DNA of 64,000 nucleotides from Paraspadella gotoi (GCA_051294375.1 CM119263.1:17094171-17158170); one strand, 5' to 3'; positions 25,782-40,330 are shown, counted from the stretch's first letter. The notes: generated by a model not told the origin, from the sequence alone. Numbers and translations: made by a program.

Positions 25782-27302
25782 TATTTCTTTCTTTCGTTCT
25801 TTCTTTCTTTCGTTCTTTTGTTCGTTCTTTCTTTCTTTCTTTCTTTATTTTTTTTCTCTCTCTTTTTCTCTCTCGCTCTTACTCGATTCAATATCTTCTT
25901 CCGGTGATCTTCCTTGAATTTATGAGCATAAAATTCCATACCTCAGTCACCCCGTATGTGAGTCTGTCAAAGGCAGAACTGATTCACCAAGTGAACCGCA
26001 ATTGAAAAGTAAAAAAAAATGTGAAAAATAGTACCAATTCAAATTATCATTAAATTGTTCGCCCAACCATAATATCTCTCTCTCTCTCTCTCTCTCTCTC
26101 NNNNNNNNNNNNNNNNNNNNNNNNNCTTTTTAAAAATTTCTTTATAAATGCGTGTGCAGTATTTAGGTTGATTTCTTAAAAGTCTGAAAAAGGTGGCGCT
26201 ATTATTTTGCCACATAGACTGTAGAAGTAAAACAAACGAATTCAACCTTGAAGAAAAAATTAAAAGTCTTTGGTAGAAGTGACAAGACACCAAAAATACA
26301 ACTGAAACATTCTTTGAAATATTATGCTACTTCATTGATTGGGAAGCCAGGTACTCTGGGAGTGAATGAACGAGACTGAGTGAGTCTTGATTGAAAGCTT
26401 GCAGGGACCTGCTATGCCATTATCTTGTAGATTGATAGATGTCTTGAACCACCAAAGCCTGTCCAAAGTAAGGGCCAAGATGGCTTGTTCGTGAACTGAA
26501 TGGATAATTTTTATATTGGTTGTACCATTTCATAAGAATTTGTGACAGCTCAGTGACAAAAAAAAAAGGCGAACATAAAACGGAAGGACGAAGAAGACGA
26601 CGGGTGTCGACGGATCACGTAGACAATGAGAGGAGGGAGAGACGGGAGGGACAGGATGGGCGAAAACCGCGGGATGAGACGAGAGAGGACATCGAAAAAA
26701 AGACAACGGAAGCAGAAAAAAAAAAGGCGATGAGGAAGCGCAAAGAGGATGCAATTAGTGGAGCGGTAAGTCGGAACACTGGCCATTGACGAAACGTGAA
26801 AATGTATTGAGTTTTGGCGAGAGGCGGAAGTAAGAGAGGAAGAGTGGAGGAGGAGAGGAGAAGGGCAAAAGGAGTACAATAAAAGTACAATATGGCCAAT
26901 GGGCGAATGGAGAAGTGGACAAGGTGAGAAGTAGATGAAGGCGGTTGACGAACGTGGGAAGAAGGGAAAGGGGAGAAGAGAAATTAAGTAAAAAAAACCC
27001 ATCAAAAAGAGGTCAAGAAGGGAAGACGAGAAAAAGGTATGTGATGGCGAAAGAAGAAACAGATAAGAGAACAATGAATAAGAGAGACAACAAGAAAGAC
27101 AAAGAGGACGAAGAAAAAAGAGGACAAGGATAATAATCCGAGGTGATGAGAAAGAGGACAAGAGAGAAGAGGGCGAGGGTCGAAAAAGCTCGCGGGCGAA
27201 CCGACGAAATCGGGCAACGCAATGAGTCGGCGACCTGAGGATTCGCTCAATCTGCGACGTAACGACGGAACATAAAACAGATTACAATAATCCCCTTGCC
27301 CT

Positions 27303-27389
<87 letters not shown>

Positions 27390-27849
27390 CTCCCTTCCGG
27401 TTTTTGCTTCCGGCAGTGTTCTCTCCCGGCGCGCTTATTCTTTTAGTGTGCCGCGAGTACTCGCGAACTAACTCACTAAGTTTCTTTTTGTCTGTAACCA
27501 CATATAAATGGAGTCTTCTTATCAGAAAGTTTAATGCGGATTATTTTGTATTACACTTACAAAAGTAAACCTGAGAGGATGTGCTGTACATGTAGCATTT
27601 GTCTAAAGAAAAAAGTAAAAAAACCTCTAACAATATTTTGCTACATTCTTACTAGGAAACTTAATTTCTTTATGAATCATTTTTTAAAAATTTGATAAAT
27701 TTTATCTCTCTCATTCTCTTTATCATTCTCTCTCCCTTTTTCTCCCTCTCTCTTTCTCTTCCGTTCGCTCTCGTGATAGCTCGCTCGCCTCGGGGCACGA
27801 GCAGAGGGCGATTGTGTATATGACCAAAAACTCGATTTCTTTCGCCTTT

Positions 27850-27946
<97 letters not shown>

Positions 27947-28107
27947 TCAATCCCCCACCTCCTTCACCCCAAAATGGATATTTGCGCATACGATCAACTG
28001 CGCGGCAGTTTTTCTCTTTTAGAAACGACTTCATTTTATGTATCGAGTTGGGGGAAAAAACATTGAGAGAGAGAGAGAAGAGAGAAGAGAGAGAGAGAAG
28101 AGAGAGA

Positions 28108-28150
<43 letters not shown>

Positions 28151-28961
28151 AGGAATGTGATCGCGGTTTTGTGACGAGCCTTCGCGAACGACATGTATGT
28201 GACGACAAAAATTTCGGAAGTGAGGGTCTTAATTTAAATCGATCTGATATAAATAATAAAAGACAAGTTAAGACTCACCTAAACTTTGAAATCTTGGAAA
28301 GAAATAAATGTAAAAGATAAAAAGAAAAGGAAGGCAGGAAGGAAGGAAAGGAAGGAAGGAAAGGAAGGAAGGAAGGAAGGAGGAAGAAGGAAGGAAGGAA
28401 GGAAGGAAGGAAGGAAAGAAGGAAATGAAAAAGGTAGGAAAAGCGAGTTCGAGAGAGAAGTCAAAGATAGTGACTCTCTCTCTATCTTTTTTCTTTCATT
28501 CAACTGCCAAGCTGGTAGTTTAAAATACGATAACAACAAGAAAAATTGTAAAATTAATCATTTTTATTTTGAAGACAGTTTTTAAATGTAATAATTATTG
28601 CCTAATTGCCATTGCAATGTAAAGCTCTGCATGTCGCGTGCAATTTCATGGTGAAATAAAACTGAAATGGAAAATTCTTTTTCTCTCTTGTCTCCCGCTT
28701 TATTTTTTCTTTCTCCTCAATCTTGCAAATGAAATTCGTAAGTTATTCAACATTTTCATTCTTTGCTACGTTTCTTTCATCTTTTCAGCGCGATGGATTG
28801 ACTGAGAGCCTTTGAACGACTGAAAGTACTGTCAAAGAACGGACACTTTTCGTGGAGAAAATTAAATTATTTTGTAAAAGTGAGACATGAAAACAAATTG
28901 AATGGCCATTTCTTCATTTTTTTTAAAAACAGTTGAATATTCGTTCGATTCAAAAATCGCT

Positions 28962-29033
<72 letters not shown>

Positions 29034-29411
29034 GAGAAGAGAGAGAGAGAAGAGATTGAGAGAGAGAGAGAGAATTCTTTTTCTCCACGTCTTGATTCAA
29101 GGTTTCCATTAATCACTGGTTTTGGCTCGTCACGTGAAGTCAAATCCGTCTCACCGGCGAGAAACCTCCCTATGAATTTCGCGTTTCTCCTTCCAAACGC
29201 AAATCGCGTCAGATTAAATATTTTTTCTCTTTCTCTCGAACTGGAATGGCGGTGTTAAATCCACACTGCCTTGTACGTCTTTTGTTAAAGTATAGACGCA
29301 ATTTGTATTTCCATCTTTTTCTCTTTTCTTCTCTCTCTACATTTTAATCTCAACTCTCTTCTCTCTCCTCTTTCGCATTTCCCCTATCAATTTCTTAATT
29401 TAGTTTTCTTT

Positions 29412-29447
<36 letters not shown>

Positions 29448-29820
29448 TTTCTTTCTTTCTTTCTTTCTTTCTTTCTTTTTCTTTCTTTCTTTCTTTCTTT
29501 ATTTCTTTCTTTCGTTCTTTCTTTTCTTTCGTTCTTTTTGTTCGTTCTTTCTTTCTTTCTTTCTTTATTTTTTTTCTCTCTCTTTTTCTCTCTCGCTCTT
29601 ACTCGATTCAATATCTTCTTCCGGTGATCTTCCTTGAATTTATGAGCATAAAATTCCATACCTCAAGTCCACCCCGTATGTGAGTCTCGTCAAAGGCAGA
29701 AACTGATTCACCAAGTGACCGCAATTGAAAAGTAAAAAAAAATGTGAAAATAGTACCAATTCAAATTATCATTAAATTGTTCGCCCAACCATAATATCTC
29801 TCTCTCTCTCTCTCTCTCTC

Positions 29821-29858
<38 letters not shown>

Positions 29859-30838
29859 TTTCGCCTGAGGGGAAAGAAATCATGCGATCTCAACCCTCTC
29901 AGTGAAGGAACCATTTTTTCCGCGGCGACTCCGCCGCAAATTTATTGTTTTTTTCCCTGCTTTGCATCGTCGTCGTAATCCTCCACGTCTTTCTAGTCAT
30001 TTGCAGGGTAGTAGTCGCGATCGTATTCTTGGTTGTCGTCTTCGTCGTCGTCGTCATCTTCGTCGTCGTCGTCGCCATTGTTGTCGCAATTAAATTTTTC
30101 ATTTTCGTTGTCATCGCTTCTGTCACTCTATAAAACTTTATTACTGGGACGAAACTTCAAAATAGTCTGTTTTTAACGTATTATCTTCTGCATTGGTACG
30201 TACATTAAAACTAATAGCATTTAATTACGTATTGTATTCTTTTCCTTCCTCTGTTTTTTAACTGTATTTCATTTACTCACTCTTCTAAATCCAAAGCGTA
30301 TTCGCCACAATGTTTTTTTTTTTTTACTTTTTCGCTGCATTATTTATCAGGTGTGAGCTCGTATTGCATCTTTTATCATGATCATCTTTATTAACTTCAT
30401 CTTCTTCTTCAACTTTCTCATTTAAATTATATCGTTATATGAGCTTCAACTAGAATTAATATTTAATATTTAAAAAAAATATTATTGTGACGAACTAATG
30501 CGTAAAAAACTAGATCTTTCTGTTTCCGTTTATCATTTATTTTCTACAGCGTAATTTGCTGCTGTCCTCATTCTGCTTCAGGTTTTTTGAATGCAAATTT
30601 TGTTGCTTTTATCGTCTTCTTTTTCAGTTTTAGTCATCACTACGTTTTTTTCTTGACGTCGTCAACGTTTTGGTCGTCGTCGTCGTCGTCATTGTCGTCT
30701 TCATCGTAGTCGTCGTCGTGCCCTTCGTCTTCTCCGTCGCCATCAGCAAAAGGGAACCAAAGCCAATAGTGTCTCGGCTGCTCATATCCAATTACTGGTG
30801 ACATGCTCGGAGAGAGAAAGAAAAAAAGAGAGAGAGAG

Positions 30839-30895
<57 letters not shown>

Positions 30896-31079
30896 TTTTA
30901 AAAATCCGAAAAAAATGACATTTACATGAACATAACCACTTTTTTCATGTTGAAAGCGGCGAAGTTTCGATTAAAAAATAGGCTATAGTTTATTTATTGT
31001 TCTATCGATATTTTATTAATTCCAACTTATTAGTTAATCATTCGTTTTTATAGTATCCTGGAGAAAGTGAGTTTTAGAA

Positions 31080-31182
<103 letters not shown>

Positions 31183-31720
31183 CCCCGTTAAACGATTAGC
31201 TATGTCTTGTCCCCTCATTTTCCTCTGCCGTCGGTAGCCTGGAGATCTCACAAAAAGATTCTTTAAGAAAAAAAAAACGAAATAAAATGAGAGAAAAAAC
31301 AAAAGTCGGGGAGAAAAAAAAGGAAACCGCGTTAGAGAATGAGAGAAAGGGAGATAATGAGAGTGAGATCCACGTAATAGAAAAGAGCAAGGTTGTGAGA
31401 AAAAAGAAATGACTAAAAACCCCATAAGCTTCTTACACAACATTTAAACCGATTTGAAGCTTAGTACATAGACATTTGCGTGAGTTTTTTAAGCAATATT
31501 TATTTAAAGTGTACTGGAAGAAACAGCATTTACACGCACCCAGTTTGCACGCATCTCTGCGTGCACCCGTCGTGCAACCTCGCGTTGAAACCAGAAGTCA
31601 AAAGCGAAACTCATTCATTTCTTCGGATCTCCTCCTGTCGGTGCCTTTAACCTCTATTCACATGGGAATAAATGCAGAGGATCCATTTCCTTCCTTCTTT
31701 CTCGCTGTCTGTCTCCTTGG

Positions 31721-31839
<119 letters not shown>

Positions 31840-32320
31840 ACTTTTCTAGTGCTACTCTATGTTTCCATTCTATTCTTAACTAACGGTTTGTCTACCGCAG
31901 TTTTCTTCGTCAAATCCTCATTTGTTTCTTTCGAATTAAAAAAAAATATAATAAACAACGAAGACGCGACTCTTTAGTTGTACGGACTTCAAGCTTTTGT
32001 TTAATTTAACTAAAACTAAATAATATTCTAAATTATTAAAATTAAGCACTATATGAAATTATATTTCGTTAATAACATTGTACTAAGCATTTCAAGACAT
32101 TTTGAAACCTTTTGTACTCGTATTCTTTATATTTTTAACTATCTTTTGTCTTAACAAAAAACGAAGACAAAGAATGCTTCATGTGGGTTAACTCGCAATT
32201 TCCAACAGCGAAAGCGATTCTTCCTTGTTACCCGCCATCGTTAATTTTCGTTTTTGGGTCAAAGTGATCATTCCGAGGATATTATGTTCTTCGTTGTTGT
32301 TCATTTCGTTAAGGTTATGG

Positions 32321-32443
<123 letters not shown>

Positions 32444-32479
32444 TTCCTTTCTGATCCACATCCTTTTTCCTTTACTTAC

Positions 32480-32566
32480 CTTACCGTACCCAAAGCCAAT
32501 TAAGACTAAGCAGATGTAGGTCAGAGCGAAAGCTGCAAGTCGAATACTCTGATCATCCTTTGGCAT
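32480..32566 (-). CDS. Candidate exon encoding a signal-peptide/TM segment MPKDDQSIRLAAFALTYICLVLIGFGYG(K)
   Basis: Acceptor attttcttatcag| at 32670, in-frame TAA 9 nt before the ATG, an ~18-residue hydrophobic run, then tandem donors G|gtaagg (32485) and AAG|gtaagt (32480). Confidence 0.35.
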
Positions 32567-33107
32567 CGAACGTTATCTCGAGTCAAACTCGATTTGAGAG
32601 CGAATCGATGAGGTGAGGTGAGGGTGAGAGGGAGACAGACTTTCTTTAGCTAGGAAGCATCTTGCAATAGCTGATAAGAAAATTATTCCGAGCGATTGTT
32701 TTAATCTATATTAGTTACATGTGCGTCTGGAAAGCTTTTAAGCGATTGTAAATGATTTAAAAATCGGTTAATGAAAGTGCGACTGTGAAGATCGGAAAAT
32801 GAAACCTACAATCAGTGAAAAATTGAACACGTTCCTAAAAGAAATAGCAAAGTACATGGAAAATAAAAAGTCGGATTAATGGAAGAAAAAAGAATTACTA
32901 GATATGGGAATTACTAAAAGAAGACAGGTGTGAAAAAGATTCTAAAATATCTCATAATAAGTAAAAATTAATTTGAAGATAATAAAATATCGATATAAAA
33001 GAAGTTCTCTCTATATTGGAATATTTCTTTAAACTTAAAGAAAATGAAGGAATCTGGAGAATAGAATTGAAAATATTATTTTTAAAATTATTTTAAGAGT
33101 TGTGCTG

Positions 33108-33142
<35 letters not shown>

Positions 33143-33239
33143 TCNNNNNNNNNNNNNNNNNNNNNNNNNATCTTTTTCTTTCTTCTTTCTTTCTTTCTTT
33201 CTTTTCTTTCTTTCTTTCTTTCTTTCTTTCTTATCTGTT

Positions 33240-33275
<36 letters not shown>

Positions 33276-33327
33276 CTGCTCTCTCTTCTCTCTCTCTTCT
33301 CTCTCTCTTCTCTCTTTCCCTCCTCTC

Positions 33328-33399
<72 letters not shown>

Positions 33400-33402
<3 letters not shown>

Positions 33403-33540
33403 CGCGCGTTGTATGACGTTGACGCGCGAGCGCGCGGACTGGAGTTGGCATGCCAACTGGGAAAACGGACGTCACGTGTCCGAGAATCACATGCCGCTTT
33501 AAAGCGCGCACCGCGCTCGTGAAAGGGTCACCAGCTGGGG
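33400..33540. promoter_or_regulatory. CpG-rich candidate cis-regulatory element between (CT)n and (GA)n tracts
   Basis: 16-bp perfect palindrome AGTTGGCATGCCAACT (33443-33458), overlapping CRE-like/E-box GACGTCACGTG (33468-33478), CGCG runs. Confidence 0.35.
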
Positions 33541-33598
33541 GTGGGAGAGAGAGAAAGAGAAAGGGAAAGAGAGAGAGAAAGAAGAGAGAGGGAAAGAA

Positions 33599-33679
<81 letters not shown>

Positions 33680-33688
<9 letters not shown>

Positions 33689-34831
33689 AGAGGATTAATG
33701 GCAACCTGGTATATTTTGTTTTAAACCCTCAGTTACAGCAAAGTTACAGACACGAGCAGCGGCGCTCAACTTGATCAACAGTATACTTTTTTTCCACGAG
33801 ATAATCAATTTTATTTTTTAACGATACAGATTGGAGAAATATCAAGTTGAAACGTTCATCACGAAACTGGGGTTGGGTCCCCTTCTTCGCTCCTTCGCTC
33901 TCTGTCAGACCCTCGACATTAAATTAATCGAGGGAGAGACCATAACTTTTCCCAGAACTAATCATAACCAACGATCCGGATTTCAGTTTATCTCCGATCC
34001 CAAAGACACGACGACGACGACGACAGACGACCACTGAAGACGACGACGATGATAACGATGCTGTCGCGTCCTTCGTGCCTATACTATCGCTATCGCGCTA
34101 TCGAGCGACAAACAACAATCAACATATTTCAGGGAAAAAAAAAGGATTTGTTTGATTTCGACGTCGTCGGCCTTGATTGGTGAAAGTCAGACCGGATGAA
34201 AACCCCGATGAGGGAAGGCACCGTCGACCGTAACCCAACTAAAACAACAACGATAACAACGTAACAAACGCGGGCGAATCTTTCGTAATCGGTTTACGAC
34301 GCAAGATCTTCGCGTCGCTGAGCACGTGTTAAATGTTTCTTTCTTTCGCCCCACTTGACATAACGAAATATTAATTGTTGAGGAAGAATTGGCTAAGATC
34401 TCCTCCCGACCCTGCACTAACTTTAATCTCGCTTCTTGTTTTTCTCTCTCTAAAGGATCAGATTTTTATGAACTACACTTATCATTTCACTAAGATATTT
34501 TTTACGACCATTTCTTAAAAATTGTTTGTATTTTTTTTTTTTTTGGTTAAATTTTAACATATAAAACCTGGTTCCTGGTCTTTGTCCGCACCGTGCAAAA
34601 GAGGTAAACAACTCGACGGCGTGGAATCTCACCACGAGGTCGAAAAGTCGCAATGCGGAATCTCGAGTTCGCGAATTGTAATAGCGAGGAAAAATGGGCG
34701 CCTAGGTCGGAAGACGACTCGCTACCTTCTCTCTCTCGGCGCCAGTATCGACAAGAATATATTGTATGGCGCCACCGACGCGCGAAACGATCCGAGTCAA
34801 GCCACCGGCGCGCGCGCTGCTCTCTCTCTCT

Positions 34832-34914
<83 letters not shown>

Positions 34915-35045
34915 TATCCGCCGCTCGCAAGGCGCCGCAGAACGTGAGGCGCGTCTGTAGTCACGTGACGCGTGTACTGCAACGCGAAAAACAAACGCGG
35001 CAAAGCGAAGAGAGAGATAAGAGAGAGGAGAAAGAGAGAGAGAGA

Positions 35046-35117
<72 letters not shown>

Positions 35118-38100
35118 AGAGAGAGAGAGGAGAGAAAGGAGGAAAGAGCAAAACGCTGTTCTATTTGTCTACTCGTCGTTCTTTCTTTGGCGCGAGCGTC
35201 GGTAGTTATCTTCTTTCGTTGAAAGGAACAACAAAGGACTCTCATTTAGTTTTTAGAATTGGAGCGGTTGTTTACACTTAAAATTTTTAATTTTTGTACA
35301 TCTCAAATTTTAAGTGAAGATTAGAGCAAAATAATTGTATACATTGTTTACAATGACAGATTTACGATTTATCGAACATGGATGGCCCAAGTGAATTGAT
35401 AAGGACAAAAACTTGTCAACTGTTTTCAGTTTTTATTCACTTAACTACTTTTAAAGATACATCCTAAAAAATTTTAAATTTCATTGAATTTACAGTTTTT
35501 AATGCAGACTTTTCTTGATGTTCTTCTTGTTTAATTTCGATTCGCGTTTTTTTTTCCCCGCATTATTTTTCCTTTTTTTCGTTGTCTCTCCCAACTACAA
35601 CACTTTTCGCTTTTTCCCCCGGGTTGCTCCGTCGGTAAAGAATGAAAACGGAGCCTTGAAACATTAATGAGTGTGACCCTGTCAGCTCCCAGGGTTCACG
35701 GCCCCCCTTGGCCCCTCCTCTCGCCGGAGGATGTGCGATGAGGGCCTGGAAGCGACGGGAGGGGGAGGCGGGGCGGGGTGAAATGAGGAGCGTCAGTTCA
35801 AAAGAGAGGGTCTGCGTGTGTTCTGCGCTCTTCCCTCCCTGTAATATCTCTGTTTCTCATCCCTCGCGGGAAGCACCGGCGATGTACGAACCATTAAATT
35901 AAGACGTTTTCGTTTCCTCCCAGTCATCCCATGGTTTGGAAATAACGGCTCCTTCTCGATCGAATGTGAGATAGGGAAGAGGAAAGGAAATAGAAAGGGA
36001 TCCGAGAAAGGAGGTGGAAAGAGGAAAAACCGGCTCCTCTCGATCGAGATAGAATAGGGAGAGGAAAGAAAAGAAAAGGACGAGAAAGGAGGAAAAAGAT
36101 CCGATGCAGAAGATAGAGAAAGAGAGATCTGAGAAAGGAAAGAAAACGCTCCCTCTCGATCGAGAAATAGATAGGGAGAGGAAAAGAAAAACGAAAAGGG
36201 ATCGAGAAAGGAATAACGGAAAAACGCTGCTCCGAACAGCAAGATAGATAGGGAGAGAAAGAAAAGAAAAAGGGATGGAGAAGGATAGGAAGAACCCTTG
36301 ATGAGATGTAGAAGGGAGTAGTGTGAATGATTTTAAAGTAAGGATCGTGAATAGAATAAGGTTGTTTATAAATGATTGGAGGGAAAGATAAGTAAATAAA
36401 GTGTTGGCGATGATAAAAAGATCTTTTTCTTTTCTAGACTCTTGATTTGTTTTCTTTCAAATGAGAACCTGGCCGGTTTTCGCTTGTTTCTTTTAAATGG
36501 CGCCCTTTTTTCTTCTTTTCTGTGGATCTTAATTCGAAGGTAGAAATCATCTTCCCCCGTTTCCCTCTCGTTTTTCTACACATTTTTTCTTTCCGCCTTT
36601 TTGTTAAAGGTCATGGTATATTCCTCTCCCATTTTTCCTCCTACATTCTTCTTTTAGTTGGAACTCTTCCCCTTTTCTCTTCCGCGCTTGTATCTCAGCA
36701 GTTTCACAAATAGTTGCACAACGGGAAGCAATACTTCCGATTCCTCAGTAATCTGGTGATGAGAGAATATATATGAACTGTGGTGTGGTTAGCTGGATGT
36801 TTTCCTCGTGTGAGTAAGAGAGACTCTCCGTTGTGCGCGCGGCTCGTGACTGGTTTTCTAATGCCAATTCCTGACTCTGTCTCAATCTCTTCTCTTTCCT
36901 CTTTAATTCGCTGTATTGTTGCTCAGCGATAAATTATGACACTATTCCACTCTCTCTCTCTCCTCTTTACTCTCATCTACTCTCTCTCTCCTCTCTTCTC
37001 TGCTTTTCTCCTTTTCATGCGCGGTCTCTCTGCTCGTGTCTTTAGGTCTCTCTCTCCTGCGTCTCACTCTCTTTCTCGTTGTATTCTAAAAACTGAGAGT
37101 CTCTAGCGATATTATCCATTTGCGAGTGGAGAATAGATAAATCGAGAGAGAGAGAGAGAGAGAAAGAGGATTAATGGCAACCTGGTATATTTTGTTTTAA
37201 ACCCTCAGTTACAGCAAAGTGACAGACACGAGCAGCGGCGCTCAACTTGATCAACAGTATACTTTTTTCCAACGAGATCATCAATTTTTATTTTTAACGA
37301 TACAGATTGGAGAAATACCAAGTTGAAACGTTCATCACGAAACTGGTGGTTGGGTCCCCTTTCTTCGCTCCTTCGCTCTCGTCAGACCCTCGACATTAAA
37401 TTTAACGAGGGAGAGACCATAACTTTTCCCCAGAACTAATCATAACCAACGATCGCGGATTTCAGTTTTATCTCCGATCCCAAGACGACGACCACTGAGA
37501 CGACGACGACGACCACTGAGACGACGACGATGATAACGATATTCGCGTCCTTCGGTGCCTATGACTATCGCTATCGCTATCGAGCGACAAACAACAATCA
37601 ACATTTTCGAGGGGGAAAAAAAAGGATTTGTTTGATTTCGACGTCGTCGCCTTGATTTGTGAAAGTCAGACCGGATGAAAAACGATTGAGGAAGGCACCG
37701 ACGACCGTAACCCAAACTAAAACAACAACGATAACAACAACAAACGCGGCGAATCTTTCGTAATCGGTTTACGACGTCAATGATCTTGCCGCGTCGCTGG
37801 AGGCAGCGTTCGGGGTTTAATGTTTCTTCTTTCGCCCACTGACATAACGAAATATTAATTGTTGTGGAAGAATTGGCTATAGATCTTCCCCCCGACCCCG
37901 CACTAACTTTATCTCGCTTTCTTGTTCTTTCTCTATCTATTTATCTATTTCACTAAGATATTTTTTACGACCATTTCTTAAAAATTGTTTGTATTTTTTT
38001 TTTTTTTTTTTTTTGGTTAAATTTTAACATAAAAACTGGTTCCTGGTCTTTGTCCGCACCGTGCAAAAGAGGTAAACAACTCGACGGCGTGGAATCCACC

Positions 38101-38335
38101 ACGAGGTCAAAAGTCGCAATCGGAATCTCGAGTCGCGATTGTAATGCGAGGAGAAAATGGGCGCCTAGGTCGAAGACGACTCCAGTACCTTTCTCTCTCT
38201 TCGGCGCCAGTATCGACAAGAATATATTGTATGGCGCCACCAACCGCGAAACGATACCGATGTCAACCACCGGCGCGCGCTGGCTCTCTCTCTCTCTCTA
38301 CTCGCTCTCTCTCTCTCTCTCTACTCTCTCTCTCT

Positions 38336-38385
<50 letters not shown>

Positions 38386-38526
38386 CTTTTCGCCGCGTCG
38401 CAAGGCGCCGCAGAACGTGAGGCGCGTCTGTAGTCCACGTGACGCGTGACTGCAACGCGAAAAACAAACGCGCGCGAACGAGAGAGCGAGAGAGAGAGAG
38501 AGAAAGAGAGAGAGAAGAAGAGAGAG

Positions 38527-38591
<65 letters not shown>

Positions 38592-40330
38592 TGAGAGAGA
38601 GAGAGAGAAAAGGAGGAAAGAGCAAACGCTGTTCATTTGTCCTACTCGTCGTTCTTTTCTTTGGCGCGAGGCGTCAGTAGTTATCTTCTTTCGTTGAAGG
38701 AACAACAAAGGACTCTCATTTAGTTTTTAGAATTGGACGGTTGTTACACTTTAAATTTTTAATTTTTTACATACTCAAATTTAATGAAGATTAGAGCAAA
38801 ATAATTGTACATTGTTTACAATGACAATTTACGATTTTATCGAACATGGATGGCCCAAGTGAATTGATAAGACAAAAACTTGTCAACTGTTCAGTTTATT
38901 CACTTAACTACTTTAAAATACATCTAAAAAATTTTAATTTCATTGAATTTACAGTTTTATATGCAGACTTTTCTTGATGTTTCTTTTTTTAATTTCGATT
39001 CGCTTTTTTTTTCCCCATTATTTTTCCTTTTTTTTCGTGTCTCTCCAACTCACACTTTTCGCTTTTTCCCCCCGCGGTTGTCCCGTCGGTAAAGAATGAA
39101 AACGGACCTTGAAACATTAATGAGTGTGACCCTGTCAGCTCCCAGGGTTCACGCCCCCCTTGGCCCCTCCTCTCGCCGGAGGATGTGCGATGAGGGCCTG
39201 GAAGCGCGGGAGGGGGAGGCTGGGGCGGGGGGTGAAATGAGGAGCGTCGTCAGAGGGTCTGCGTGTGTCTGCGCTTCCCTCCCTTTTCTCTGTTTCTCTC
39301 CGGCGGGAACACCGATGTACGAACCATAAATTAAGAGTTTCGTTTCCTCCCAGTCATCCCATGGTGAAAAACGCTCCTCTCGATCGAGATAGATAGGGAG
39401 AGGAAAGAAAAGAAAGGGATCGAGAAAGGAATAAGGAAAAACGCTCCTCTCGATCGAGATAGATAGGGAGAGGAAAGAAAAGAAAGGGATCGAGAAAGGA
39501 ATAAGGAAAAACGCTCCTCTCGATCGAGATAGATAGGGAGAGGAAAGAAAAGAAAGGGATCGAGAAAGGAATAAGGAAAAACGCTCCTCTCGATCGAGAT
39601 AGATAGGGAGAGGAAAGAAAAGAAAGGGATCGAGAAAGGAATAAGGAAAAACGCTCCTCTCGATCGAGATAGATAGGGAGAGGAAAGAAAAGAAAGGGAT
39701 CGAGAAAGGAATAAGGAAAAAGTGTCGGAGGGAGAATGACAGTGAAAAAAATATTCTTGACTTTCTTTTTTTTTTTTGTTTCTTTCAAATGGAACCTTGC
39801 CGGTTTTTCGCTTTGTTTCTTTTAAATGGCGCCCTTTTTTGCTTCTTTTCTGTGGATCTTTAATTCGAAGGAAACACTTCCCCCGTTTCCCTCTCGTTTC
39901 TCACTTTTTTCTTTCCCCTTTTTTTTAAATATTGTAAATTCCTCTCCCTTTTTTCTCCTAATTTCTTTTAGTTGGAACTCTTCTCCCTTTTCTCTCCGCG
40001 CTGTTATCTCACAGTTTCACAAATGAGTGACACGGGAAAGCCGATCCCAGAACGGGCTGAGAAAAAAAAATGTGGGGGAGCTGTTTCCTGGAAAGGCTCT
40101 CCGTTTCGCTCGCTGGTTTTCTATCCAATTCCTCTCTGTCTCTCTCTCTCTTTCTCTTTTACGCTATTGTTGCTCAGGATTAAATATGCCTATCACTCTC
40201 TCTCTCTCNNNNNNNNNNTCTCCTCTTCATCGCCTTCCTCCGTCTTTTCCTCTCTCTCCCTCTCCCTCCTTCTCTCCTGCTATTAAAAACGGGCTCAGCG
40301 ATATATCCATTTTGCGATGAGAAAGATAAA
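33680..40330. repeat. Tandem duplication: ~33680-37140 repeated at ~37160-40330, probably an assembly artefact
   Basis: Both copies start gaggattaatggcaacctggt and end ...agcgat..atccattt. The first copy becomes heavily insertion-ridden after ~35900. Confidence 0.92.
39371..39720. repeat. Minisatellite: 5 identical 70-bp units
   Basis: acgctcctct starts at 39371, 39441, 39511, 39581 and 39651. Noisy counterpart at ~35940-36300. Confidence 0.97.

Noticed and set aside
30640-30806. Minus-strand acidic mini-ORF MSPVIGYEQPRHYWLWFPFADGDGED...
   Set aside because: Mostly a (GAC)n microsatellite translation with no independent support.
34582-34820. ORF SAPCKRGKQLDGVES... present in both duplicate copies
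   Set aside because: The reading frame differs between copies through indels, there is no ATG or convincing splice context, and no homology is recognised.
36781-36800. Resemblance to mature miR-34 (gtgtggttagctgg)
   Set aside because: The seed region differs and there is no hairpin. It lies in the noisy duplicate, whose cleaner copy (~40070) reads tgtgggggagctgtttcc.
39371-39720. CRISPR-like array
   Set aside because: The units are contiguous and identical with no unique spacers, there are no cas genes, and the context is eukaryotic.
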